A DNA stretch of 53,439 nt, filler included, from Sluysia triapertura (lineage: Eukaryota), in assembly GCA_046118255.1 (NCBI GenBank). It is 4 parts of 4 records of this genome, joined end to end, with 100 filler letters (N's around TTAATTAATTAA, not from the genome) between each part and the next. Parts side by side here need not be neighbours in the genome. Positions count along the whole stretch, not along the records: positions 12,407 to 29,741 come from JBJNIA010189053.1; positions 29,842 to 40,602 come from JBJNIA010193803.1; 2 more parts are not named here. One strand, written 5' to 3'. The notes under the pieces were generated by a model. That model saw nothing but the letters and a program-made list of their open reading frames with translations. It made no database searches and was not told the origin of the DNA. This document shows positions 26,190 to 38,285 of this stretch, one piece after another (within the stretch, counting starts at the first letter, position 1; each line of letters opens with the position of its first letter). A program made the position numbers and the translations under genes.

Positions 26190-27390
26190 CAAAAAAATAA
26201 AAAATACGTGATGACATACTTAAAATTAGACACATTTATTGCTAAATATTTTTGAAGAATTTAGGAAACAGTTATAAATAATATCATTTAAATTCATTCA
26301 ACTTTTTAGCATTACCTGGTTTAAGATGAACATCAACATTTAAATTAAAATATAATGAGTTACTGGTTTTAATGGATCGTGATATGTTTATTTTTAATTG
26401 TAAATTTAATTGTAAATTTACCAAATACAGATACTGTAAATAATAAAATAGGTTATACATTCGAAGTTGACTTAATTATTCTATCTCATGTGCACGATAA
26501 GTTAAATGACTTACCTTTAGCTCCTGAATCTAAATGTTTACCAAATTCTAAAGTTAAAAATTATTATTAATTCATGAATATAAATTTAATTATGTAGTGC
26601 ATTGGCGTATCCTAAAATTTTTATAAAATTAGGAGCAACTGTTTGCACAATTCACAGAGCAGCTAAATTTAATTAAATTTAAATTATTAAAAAATATGAC
26701 TGTAAGTCAAATAACAACAAAATTCCAGAAGATTTTACAAGATTAAAAACAATTCTCTTTATGATAATACTGCAGATAATTTAAAATGACGTACTAATAT
26801 AATTACGTATACAAGTAAAGCCAGTTTTAAAAATACAATTAAAGTTGCTTATTACTTCATTGAAGTTTCACTAGGAAAAGAAATAGTGTGCTTAGAGAGA
26901 CCAAGTTATGTAGGACAACTTTTTTAGATTTAAGTAAGTAAAGAATGTATGAGGATTTAGAAAAATATTGTCAACAATTTAATTGTAAGAATAAAATTAC
27001 GGCTGGTAACACTGGTAGATTCTTTTTAAAAAGCACTAATTTTAATTTAGATACTTTATTAAATGGAATTATTAAAGATGAGTGATTGATATATCATAAT
27101 ACAAACCATCCAATGTACAATACTAAACTTAAATATGACAGTCAAAGTAAGGTAAAATATAGTGAATGGATATTTTTGAGACCCAGTTGCTATTCCTTAC
27201 TATCTAGGACTACTGAATGGAACAAGGCTAAAGGAGTGACTCCGAAAAGCACCAACATAAGTCATCAAGAATTTAAAGAATATTTTAAAAGCGATACAAT
27301 TTATTTTATAGATCAATCCAGTACTGACACCAAAAACCATCAATAACATACAATCAAATTGCACTATGTACTCGCTGGACAAGATATCTT
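26190..27390 (+). mobile_element. Polinton/Maverick protein-primed DNA polymerase B pseudogene
   Basis: FEEFRK...LPGLR*, GYTFEVDL...HDKLNDLPLAPE, NYVVHW, PSYVG, degenerate GNT(G/D) and KAKGV motifs occur in the expected order; many stops and frameshifts. Confidence 0.85.
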
Positions 27391-28908
27391 ATAAATACTA
27401 TTTTCTTAAAGATAATAATAATGATGATGATTTTGATGAGGAATTTTATGATGAATTTTTCTCATTTTCGGATTTTGGTGGCGATTTTTTAGTATATGTA
27501 CTTTTTAGTAGTTTGAGTTTTTAGTATTAGTAAATTTGTACACTAATACACAGTTTTACTAATACTATAGCTTTTAAAGGAATTTAAAATTTGTATATAA
27601 AATTTAAAGTTTTCTATAATTCTTAATAATAGTCTTAAATATAGAGGATTCGGTGATTTAATATTTAAGAACGGTTAACATCATTAGAAGACAAGATTGA
27701 TATCATTTTGAGATAGAGATTTCTTTGGCCAGTCATAACATCGGAATTATATCCATTTTTTCTTATATGAATAGTTTCATGTGATTACAATGAATGCTGT
27801 TTAAGGAAATAAAGATTTATTCGAAGGGTCATACAATTTTTAAACAGTGTAATCATCATCATTACAAGATTTAGTATATATATATTAGAGTACGTAATCT
27901 GCGATAACTATAGAAAAATCATGAGTATGTAATACACAATATTATACATCATATGCTTGTATAAAATATATAAGTAGGATTGGTTGTCAGATTAGGTGAT
28001 AACATATCGTAACAGGTGTTTTAATGTTTTTTCTAATTAACTAAGAATTAAAATCAATTCTGTCTATTTAAAATACAACCGGTGCAAAGATCCTAAGTTC
28101 CATTTATGTGCAAATACAATTAGCTTCAATAATTTTCCGATTAATTACACCAAATCCAAATTTAATATAATACTCGCTCGAACCAAAACCCAATATAAAT
28201 TACTCAACTAATCTAATCTAATCCAAATTAAGCTCAAGCAAGTAAACCAGGTAACCCAACCTGGATGGGAGCATGGGTTGGTTTAGCGCTGATATTTCTA
28301 TCTATTGATATTATACAGATAACTATATATTTAGCCAATCGATATTTCTAGTCACTATTGTATTATTTTATATCTAGTCATGTAATGTCTAGAAACGTGC
28401 AACAAACGATATTTTAATAAATAAATTAAATTGATTAAACTTTATAAATATTATTCCTTTTAAATTTAGCGCAATTGTAAAATTATATTTATTTGTTTTT
28501 CATTTTAGAAATCGATTTTAGTTAATCATGTAAACTAGGATTTGACTGGATTAAAAATTTTAATTTATAAACGTTGTGCTTCCAACTCTAACTGTAGAGA
28601 CGAATTAAAAGAACTCTAATTTAGATGTAATTACAATTAATTGAGATTTAATTAAAATGTAAAAGATATTTGATATCATTCGAATTTATATTTTGACTTT
28701 ACGAAATTTGTGAATAATTTTAATATTAATAATTTGAGTAAAAGTTATTGTCGATAATTACAAATTGATGTTAATCATTTAAAGTAAATGACTATAACAT
28801 TTAAAATTAGAAATAAAATAAGTCCATAGATTTTATTACAATATGAAAGACAATAATGAATAATTTTTATTAATAATAATTAATAATGAAAATCATAACA
28901 AAAATAAC

Positions 28909-29134
28909 CTTTGATTTTGGCAACTATTGACGGTGGAAAATTGATAGTAGCTAAAAATAAATTAGCTACACATAAAGAGATCAAAAATCCATAAATAACT
29001 CGTGAATTAGAATTAAGTGTTCGCATGGCACATATTACAGATAAATTAAGTATCCATGCTAATACAACAATAATACCAGCAATAAGCAAATTAAAAGGAA
29101 ACTGGTTGGAATCAATATCACTCGAAGAATCCAT
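28909..29134 (-). CDS. First exon of a class A (rhodopsin-like) GPCR (N-terminus, TM1, TM2)
   Basis: ATG start; TM1 ...AWILNLSVI (conserved TM1 Asn) and TM2 FLISLCVANLFLATINFPPSI (SLAxAD-like, Asn in place of Asp); AAAG|GT donor at 28908. May be a pseudogene fragment. Confidence 0.65.
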
Positions 29135-29741
29135 ATTTGTTTGGCGTTTATTTACTGGATCTAATAAATAAGATTTTCCAAATAAAAATTTATTGAGTAA
29201 TTAATGTTTGTCATTTAAATAGTACGAAATATGGCAATTATTTTTTTATGTTCATTTTTCATTATTATTTTCTTTAATAATGATATAATTTTCTACCAGA
29301 TATAATTACAAAATATTATTTATAATTTAAATTTTTTACAAAAGAAAAAACTCTTCAATTGATATCATACGAAACATTTAGTATATAAAGATATATTTTA
29401 ATAAATAAATAATTGCAAAACTAAAAGTAACAAAAGTTAAGTAAAACCATATTAAAACCATAACATATTTAAATGTGAAATATTTACTGAATGTATTGAA
29501 ATTGTAACAAATAAACCTCACAGAATCTACTCTATGTAATCAGAAATAGTTGTTTGTCACTTTAAAATCTAGATTAACGCTTCAATAGATCTGATGATAC
29601 AGATAACAGAATATATCGGAGATAAAACTTATAATAATATTTAATATGTATAATTTATAATGATTTAAACCACATATAATTAAAAATTTTATTTTAGACT
29701 TGATTCCAAATTTAAGTTTAATTTTCTATTTAACTAGATTC

Positions 29742-29841
29742 NNNNNNNNNNNNNNNNNNNNNNNNNNNNNNNNNNNNNNNNNNNNTTAATTAATTAANNN
29801 NNNNNNNNNNNNNNNNNNNNNNNNNNNNNNNNNNNNNNNNN
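29742..29841. other. Artificial scaffold linker
   Basis: 44 N + TTAATTAATTAA + 44 N. Confidence 0.95.
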
Positions 29842-30659
29842 TTAAAATTCAGGATTGCTCCTGATTAAGCTCTTTCAAATTTGATGTAATTAGAGTGATT
29901 TTTCGTATATTTTAATGCTAACAAATTAGAGCATAAAATCTTATTAAAAATCAAGTTACGGATTCATGGACCTGATTTATAGAGAAAAATAAGGAAAATC
30001 CGGAATATTAATTTTCAAAGAGAACTGTAACTGTATTCCCAATAATAGATATTGAATTACAATATATTGATACCGTCTTCAAAACAATTGAACGTAGGTT
30101 TAACCTCGGATGATTCCACGAAAGTTTTCTTAGTTTGTCGTCAACCTTGTAGTGAATTTTAAATTTTGACCTCTGCCATTTATATTACTTCTTCCATTAG
30201 ATAGAAATATTAATTCCAGTTAATAAAGTAAAAATTCATTTTTTATTGTTATTTTATCCATTTTTTTATGAGAAAAATAAATGAAATTTATGATTATTAC
30301 ATCTGATCCGTAAGTTAATGATTTTATTATTGAAATATAAATGTGGTTTTTTTATCTTATTGTGAGAAAAAATAAAAACAAAATATTAATTTGTTTTTTA
30401 TGATACAATAAACTATTTAAATTTGCTAAAATTTTCCATTTAAAAAATTTTTTAAATTTATATATAATTTTTTAATAAAATGTACAAGATAAAATTATTA
30501 ATTTTTTTGATTTTATGTTGTTTTTTAATAAAGTTATATTTTTCAATATTCACATTTGTATACATTATTATTTCCACAATAACATTTACATACATTATTG
30601 ATTTTAATTTCTACATTATTGTGGGGTTAATGATAGAATGTGAATTCGAATATCATACA

Positions 30660-31264
30660 AATAGATAAAAGTGTTGAAACTTCAATAAAATGGAAAATGT
30701 AATAATCAGATTTAGTAAATTGAAAAGATTGTAATGTAATGTTATTTATAAATATTCGTATCGTAGGAATATATGAAGTAGTTTTTTTCTCAAAAAATGA
30801 CAATAACATAGTAGTTTACATGTGATTCATTGAGTTTGAATAAAGTCATACATACATTAAATTAAACATACATTATATCAAGTAAGACATTCTAGTTATA
30901 TGAATCATAGTCGATGAAGGTTTATAACAAAGAGTAATGGTTTCATGAATTTGGTGCATTAAATTAAAGGTTGTAAGTAAAACCTAATTGTTGACTACAG
31001 TTAGATATGGAGAGGAACTTAATGAATTTCAATAATAATTGTGTTAAAGATACGATAAAGTTAAAGTATTAATTAAAGTTAAATTTTAATTAACTCTATG
31101 AAATATAAATTGATAACATACTCGTCTGTTACCGAACGATTCATATAATTTCCAAATGTAGAAATTAAGATATCAAAATCTTGATCTAATTTATAATATT
31201 TATCGAAATCAACATACCATTCCATTCGTTGGTAGTATGCATTGAATCTATGTAATTGGAACAT
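30660..31264 (-). pseudogene. Possible second, divergent Polinton-type capsid remnant
   Basis: Minus-strand fragments MEWYVDF...DILISTFGNYM, TVVNN*, NHYSLL*TFIDY and RIFINNITL...KSDYYIF occur in the order of capsid blocks; similarity is weak. Confidence 0.25.
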
Positions 31265-31671
31265 TCATATTTCTAATAAAATCATAACGTTTGTTATAAA
31301 TTGTTATAAAAACGCTTACAAATACGCCTTTTGATATTTTAAAATCAGTTTATAATTTAGAAGTATTCTTTTAAATCATATCATTATTTAATTCGCTTTG
31401 AAATTCTTTTATATTTTCATAAATTTATATATTCGTAATTTCATATATTTATAAATTGGCTACGATTTTTCATATTGATTTAATGAAATTACTTTTCGTA
31501 AAAATTTGAGATGGTTCAGACAAATATGATTTTGACAATTTTAACTTAGGATTGTCCAATGTTGATTTAGATAGCGATTTAGAGAAGTTGAATCTGAAAT
31601 TGTATCCATTTCAAACAATGTTTATATACGCTTAAGAAGTTATTTAATATATTAATCTAAATTATTTTATT

Positions 31672-32218
31672 TATGCATTATTGATTGAAATCACTGGTAT
31701 CATAAATGGATAAATAATAGTCAAATATCACTGTCACTTAATCTACTTTATTTAAATATGGATTATATAGATAATTAATACTATTTACGATGTATTAAGA
31801 CTGTAAAATTCTATTCTTGGAGATGTTAAATAATGTTAGTTATTAGTATTATCAACTTAAAATGAATAAAAGTTGTCAATAAGTACTATATATAATGAAA
31901 GTATATCATTTGTAAAACCTATAATTTTTCAATTTTATAATTAAATATTAATTTTTATTAAATTTATGAAATTAAAAAGTACATATATATTTACAACACG
32001 ATATATATACATCTTGATATTAAATTGACGGTTCAGTAATTAAAATAATACTTTGGGGATATTATGTACTAATATCTTTTCTATCATAAATTAAATTTTA
32101 TATTTCACGAATTACAAATTGTAACTTTGTTTTTCTGTAGATTTTTAACTAATAATCATTATATTAAGCAAAATTGTGTTTACAAAGTTACCGATCGTAA
32201 AGCTGATTAACATTATTT
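31672..32218 (+). repeat. ~540-bp repeat, left arm of an inverted pair with 39621-40157
   Basis: 31741-32117 is near-identical to the reverse complement of 39712-40082; flanks are homologous but more diverged. Confidence 0.9.
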
Positions 32219-33380
32219 AAATAATTTAAATTATTTTATCGATGATCAGTTTTCTGAGAAAATTTTCAATTTACTGCTTAATTTGAGATTTCTAAAAGTT
32301 CAGAAATAGTTTTGGAGATTTGCTGTGGTTTTTCTAACACTTAACATACGACAAAATATTTTTGAGCAGAGTCCGGTTTCAGTAAATGTCTTATATCGTG
32401 AAGAGGGCTTTTCTGTAACTGTATAAACTAATATTTTATCTAAATAGTAATGTTCCTTAATTACGGTCTTATCGAGTTAATTAGTAACTACCTAATTAAA
32501 TGTTAAATTAAATGTTAATTAAATTAAAACAACTTAACTAAAAATTCTAATTCTAATGAAATAATAAAACTATAAACTCTTAGGTAAGTTTATTCAAAAA
32601 ACACAAAAAGATTTAAAAATTTACAATTTACGTATAATATAAAGAATATACAGGAACATCTAGCGTCTTTAATTGTTTTTGTTATAAATTAAATTTAAGT
32701 GGATTTTATCCCTCAATATAACCTAATATAACTTACTCTAACTTTAAAAATAAAGTTGAGTAGATTTTAAGATACTAATTTTCGCAATTAGTATCACCTT
32801 AATAAAAATAGCTTACTATAAATATGGAATGGAAAGTGGGTTCGATTCGAATAGTATCGCCACCAGTATTGACTGTTAGTTGTTTGACTGTCGATCGATA
32901 AACCAAAAATAAATAAAGAACAAAATGGCTAATCTCATTAAACCGATGCTAATTTATATACTAGTCATCAGCCAATGGGAATCAATGAAATGTTCGAGAG
33001 GCTTCTATTCTATTTTTAGGAGCAAGTTTCTTTTTTCGAAATTTTATTTTCTTTTTTGGAAAATAAATATTTTTAAAGTGATTTTAAAATAATTTTAGAA
33101 GGTTGTGATGACAACCTAACAATAGAAAAAAATGGATTTGTGCTCTAATATTGATGACATAATCTATCATAAATTTGAGTCGAGATGCAATAATGTATCT
33201 TTTATTACATTGCTATTTCTAAATAAACATTCTTATTTGACTGAAAGAAACTCCTTATATTATAAATTTTACATTTGCAAAGTAAACAGTGCCATTAAAA
33301 AGAAGATTAATGTAAAATTTAGTATTCATCTAACTCTGCAAAACTTTCATCATCAGGCAATATCATGCATTGTTCTAAAT

Positions 33381-33959
33381 CAGGGATGGCGAACCTTTTT
33401 TGATGTCCGTGGAACAAAGTCAAAAAAATTCTTTTTGAAATAGGTAACGTGCCACAATAAAATTTCATTCGAAATGTTAGCATGGTGAAACTAAACGTAA
33501 GTATAATTAAATAATCAAATAAAAGCAATTCTTCTTTAAACAATATTTTATTAATCAATGTTTTACAAAAAGCAATATGCTAGAAACAAAATTCACGTTA
33601 AAAACAATTGTTGCTGTACACAAGATGATAAAGATTTAATATCTGGTTCACATTTAGTTAGTTTCAACAGAACGCATGCGGAGCTCGACTAATGCAGTCT
33701 GTCGTCTGATTCGAGCGTTGCAGTAACATTAAAAGGCGAAACTGGATATGCAAAAAATTTTATCTAATGCGCACTTCGAGAGAATTTTAATAATAAAATG
33801 TATAATTTGTCGGTTCTAGTTAACGTACTAAAATAGGTATTCAGTACTACAAATTTATATCATAAATTATAAATTAAGTGTAGATTAATAATTTTTAATT
33901 CATTTCTATCAAAAAAGATAACTTATACAAAAAATAATTTTGTTTTTGTGCGTGCCCTG
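33381..33959 (-). mobile_element. Non-autonomous hAT (Buster/Charlie/SPIN-type) deletion derivative
   Basis: CAGGGATGGCGAACC...CCCTG ends with a perfect 8-bp TSD TTCTAAAT (33373-33380, 33960-33967). Internal minus-strand remnant SSACVLLKLTKCEPDIKSLSSCVQQQ resembles the hAT transposase C-terminus. Confidence 0.85.
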
Positions 33960-35689
33960 TTCTAAATGATCGAATGGAATTTCAGATATCAGTTTTTTAC
34001 GACGTTATGTTGCTACAATTTCAAACTAACATTAATGTTGCAATAATATGTTAAAATATCTCGATATTTTGTCTAATAATATGAAATCTAACTAGAGCCA
34101 TAAAAAGTAATTGAAACAAAATTAAAAATGTAACCCAACATTAATCAATATAATTATTTAAATTTAGAAAGTCGTATAATGACAACACATACATGAATGT
34201 GAGCTTAAATTTTACAGACAGTAGTAAATTTTTAATGCTAGACATAATATTAAAATCAAAATATAAAAACATAGAGCTTTAGATTTTTATCTACTTAGTA
34301 AATGAAACATTTTTAACTTTATTTAATTAAAGTTGAAATATTTTCAAAAAAATCCTTGTTATATTTTTCACTGTTGTCTTTGTTTTCATAATGGTATCAG
34401 ACGAGATGTAAATTAAATGATCATGTATCTGCTCATGAATTATAACCCAAAAAACATCAATTTATTTTNNNNNNNNNNNNNNNNNNNNNNNNNNNNNNNN
34501 NNNNNNNNNNNNNNNNNNNNNNNNNNNNNNNNNNNNNNNNNNNNNNNNNNNNNNNNNNNNNNNNNNNNNNNNNNNNNNNNNNNNNNNNNNNNNNNNNNNN
34601 NNNNNNNNNNNNNNNNNNNNNNNATTAATTAATTAACAACTAGTTTAGAATTTGCATTTATATGTGTCGTCTCAAACATTTCAAGAGATCATTATTTTTC
34701 TATGTCAATTTTAGGTCATTATATTAGTAATAATGTAATTTCTTTTTTGAAATTTTTTATTTAACACTTATTTTTGTACAAAATTATATTATTATAAAAT
34801 AATAATGCAATAATTTTGTACTCAAATAAATGGTTAAATAAATAACTTCAAAAGATGAATTATAATATATTAATATTATAATGTAAAATTGACATATTTG
34901 ATATATCTTAGGTGTTATGAAAATAAGAAAGCTAAACATTATTTATCTCCATATTCCGTTTGACAATTAAACGTATTTAGTTCAAGTACCTTTTTCTTTA
35001 ACAATACTAATTCGATTACGAAACCGTGGCGTGTGGAACTGGAGATTATTTTCGATAATAATTTAATGCTATACTTGCATTTTTTCGAAGTAAATTTTGC
35101 GATATAATAAATCTATATTATAGGTTTAGTACGGTTGAAGTATGAGTTTGGAATGTAATGTTATCAAGCCGAGTGGATATTATCAATTTTTGTTATACTT
35201 TAACTATCTCTTTTAAAATTTTCGACCTAATACTAATAAAAGGTGATCTAATACTCTGGGGGGGGGTAAAAGTAAAACAATTATGATCCGTTTCTAACAT
35301 AGAGTCAGCATAATACTGGAAAACAGCCTCTTGTACGAACTTACACATTCTGTCTTGAATTTCTTCTTACACGAACTATTGTACCTATTCACATTGCTTT
35401 CATTCTTTTTGACAGCCTTATTAACCATTGAATATGAGTTTGATTTATAAAAGTTGCAATAAAATTTTATTTAGATAAATTTTATGATCCAATGGTTTGT
35501 CCAATCACGATAAAATCAATCTTTACCGGAATTATCAGAATTATATTGAAGGAAGCAGAACTGAATTAGCACGCAGAAAAAGGCTTTTGTAAAATAAATC
35601 CAAATAACCATTTTAACCAATAGCATTACGTTTACAATCACATTTAAGTAAACCATTTTTATTAGCACTACAATTAACGTATACATCTA

Positions 35690-36180
35690 CCGCTTGCGTA
35701 TATGACAGTAACTAAGTCAAATTCTGACCTATATCCAGCAGTTGTTCGCTCATAATAAATACCACCTTTTTCAATAGCAATCATTTTACACAACGTAACT
35801 TGTTGTGAATGTTTAAAATTAAAGGTGTAATATTGTTGGGATATAGCCCTAAGGTGCCATTTAGTATAATTGAATATAGTAATCTAAAAATTGTTAGATG
35901 GTGCTTATAGCTCAATGGTAAAAGCATCGAAACTGCGCAGCGAGAGGTCCCGGGTTCGATCCCCGGTCAGTCCATTTTATGAAGTCTAACAATAACTCTT
36001 TTAACTTTAGGACACTGATTAATAACTGTATCAAACTTTGGAATTAATCCACCACTTGTTATCACTGTACTAGTTTCTGAGTCATTAATACCGCGAACCA
36101 TAGCGTCTTCCTCTAAAGTAGCACTGACATCAATTGGAAAATTAAATTAAAAATATACTTCAGCTGCTACCATCCATTCT
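35690..36180 (-). pseudogene. Long-chain acyl-CoA synthetase (ACSL3/4-like) exon, pseudogenised and interrupted
   Basis: TTTAAG| acceptor, then EWMVAAEVYF*FNFPIDVSATLEEDAMVRGINDSETSTVITS...CPKVKRV [element copy 2] ...MIAIEKGG...DLVTVIYASG. Matches ACSL4-type [24 protein letters not shown]...DMAIVMYTSG. Confidence 0.8.
35834..35991 (+). mobile_element. tRNA-containing TG...CA element, copy 2 (158 bp)
   Basis: TGTTGGG...GTCTAACA; flanks ATAT/ATAA (3/4 TSD match); internal A box, B box GGTTCGATCCC and TTTT. Confidence 0.85.
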
Positions 36181-36789
36181 CTTAAAATTTATCTTTTATT
36201 TCACTAAACGATCTATTATTTGGAAGATTAAAAGTAATAATTTCCGACAATTAATTTCGTTATTTTAATAATATTGATGATTTCTTGCATTATAACTGCC
36301 AATGTTGCTAAGTTTTACCCAAACCCCTGTACTTTTATACGAACCAATAGCGAAGATAGCTAAGTATAATGAATCTGAAAACGTTTACCAAATGAAAATG
36401 TAATATTAATGGAGTTAGTTGCAACTTATCCAAATTTCACTATTCATAATGTGTTGATCAGATATTAATTCCAAATTATCATCACTTGATTTATATTTTT
36501 AATTATTTAAAATTCACTTTTTTTAAATATTATTTCTTATTTTTAATTATATTTATTTAAAATTTCATTTGTATATCAAAATTCCCATGAAATGTGGGTT
36601 CAATTTTTAATGTGATTCAATTATTAATGTATTATTTTGTAATCATTAATTATTATGTTACTTGGTTCAAAAATTTATTAATAATAATATTAAAAGATTA
36701 TCTTTAATTGTTATATTGTTAATTCTTCTCTTTCTATGTATAATCTTTACGTAAATGAAATATAATATAGGTCTGTTGTTGAGGTTAAT

Positions 36790-37075
36790 TGCTATATGTT
36801 AAAGGATAAGTATGATCTGTAGGGTAAAGCTGTTCAATGCTACTTTATTTTTGAATGGTTTAAGAACGGAATAATTGGATATACTATCTTTTCTTTCATT
36901 ATAGCTGTTAATGGAGCTATAAATTGAGATATCCTCGGTACAAAACGCCGACAATAATTTACTAGGCCTAAGAAACTCCGCATTTGTGCAATCGTTGAAA
37001 GTCTCTTATTCCTGCTGTGTGGGCTTCCAGTGGTTCAATCCGTCAACAAAGGAACGTGATTTTGTGTTTGAAAAA
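36790..37075 (-). mobile_element. Gypsy/Ty3 pol fragment (RT thumb/connection)
   Basis: TIAQMRSFLGLVNYCRRFVPRISQFIAPLTAIMK matches the LRSFLGLVNYYRRFIPxFSxIAAPLTxL motif. Confidence 0.85.
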
Positions 37076-37588
37076 CTGACATTTTATTGTACTTATTAAA
37101 TTATTGGAATACTTAGTTAATGTCTAATTAATGAAATTTAATATCTTAGGATAATCTTATGTTCGATCGATTATACTTTGTAAATTTAATTGAGTATTTT
37201 GGTTTAAATACCTTTTATCTTAGAGGTATCAGGATAGAAATGTATAATTGTTGTTTACTTAGTCAACTTCAAATTGTATAACTACTTTAATTTACATTTT
37301 AGACAAACGACACTAAAAATATATTTAAAAGATTCTGCCGGAAAATTTTTGGTATTAGCGAGCACTAAAATCTCAGAGATATTGTAACAGTCTCAAATGA
37401 TGTTTATCATATGAATATCGAATGAATTTTTCCACTAATAGATAACGATTTCATAAGTGATGACGGTAATAGTGCCAGAAATAATGGGTATAATGATTTA
37501 TTCTCTTGTTTAATTAACTATTTATCACGACTGTATTCTTGTGCATTGTAGTTACCATACCTTGTCTTTATGTACCGTTTTATAAAGG

Positions 37589-37725
37589 TATTAGACTTCG
37601 TAAAATGGACTGACCAGGAATCGAACCCGGAACCATCGCTGCGCAGTTCGAATGCTCTACCACTGAGCTATCAGCCCCGTCTAACAATTTTATAGTCATG
37701 GAATTTTAGGCCTTCTACCCCAACA
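37589..37725 (-). mobile_element. tRNA-containing TG...CA element, copy 3 (137 bp)
   Basis: Perfect TSD AAGG (37585-37588, 37726-37729). 72-nt tRNA-like core at 37606-37677. Internal deletion in the 5' part; terminal CA mutated to TA. Confidence 0.9.
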
Positions 37726-38158
37726 AAGGTACAAATGTTTTTGTTGTTACTGCAGACGTCACGTCGCAATAATGAAATTTAATATTATTTTTTCACTTTA
37801 TGAGCGTCACGTACTGTTAATATTTTCTTTAATTAAAAATTATTATTATATTTTAGATTTATTACTATTATTATTATTATTTTTGTCTTAAAATGTCAGC
37901 ACCCTGACAGATGTGACTTAATTTTGTATTACATTTAATTTGAACTTGTACCAATTTTATTGTTTGCCATTTTTTAAACTTTAAGTAGTTCTAAGTTTTC
38001 CTTATTTTAATTCAGCTTATGTATAATTAAAAATAATAACTAGAATGGTATTAATTATTATTAATTTTATTATTATTATTATTATTTTGTTGACAATGTT
38101 ATTTTTATTATTAAACTTTCAAGGGTATAAATTAATACAAGTTGTTGTGTTTTTTCAG

Positions 38159-38285
38159 AATAATAATCATAATCATAATAATTATCATAATAATAATCAT
38201 AATAATAATAATAATTATTATCATAATAATTATCATAATAATTATCATAATAATTATCATAATCATAATATAATAATAATAATAA
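38159..38285. repeat. AAT/CAT/TAT degenerate microsatellite
   Basis: Repeated AATAATTATCAT-type units. Confidence 0.9.

Noticed and set aside
34624-34636. Fourth artificial linker (ATTAATTAATTAA after a gap)
   Set aside because: Lacks the 44N-12-44N structure; likely natural AT-rich sequence next to an ordinary gap.
22681-36180. TAA stop-codon reassignment explaining in-frame stops in the CCDC191-like and ACSL-like fragments
   Set aside because: The stops align to different expected residues and co-occur with frameshifts, and the ~330-codon transposase has no internal TAA and ends in TAA.
37606-37677. Functional tRNA-Ala(TGC) genes at the five tRNA-like loci
   Set aside because: The anticodon stem does not pair canonically, U33 is absent, copies differ at many positions, and each sits inside a shared larger unit, most of them TSD-flanked.
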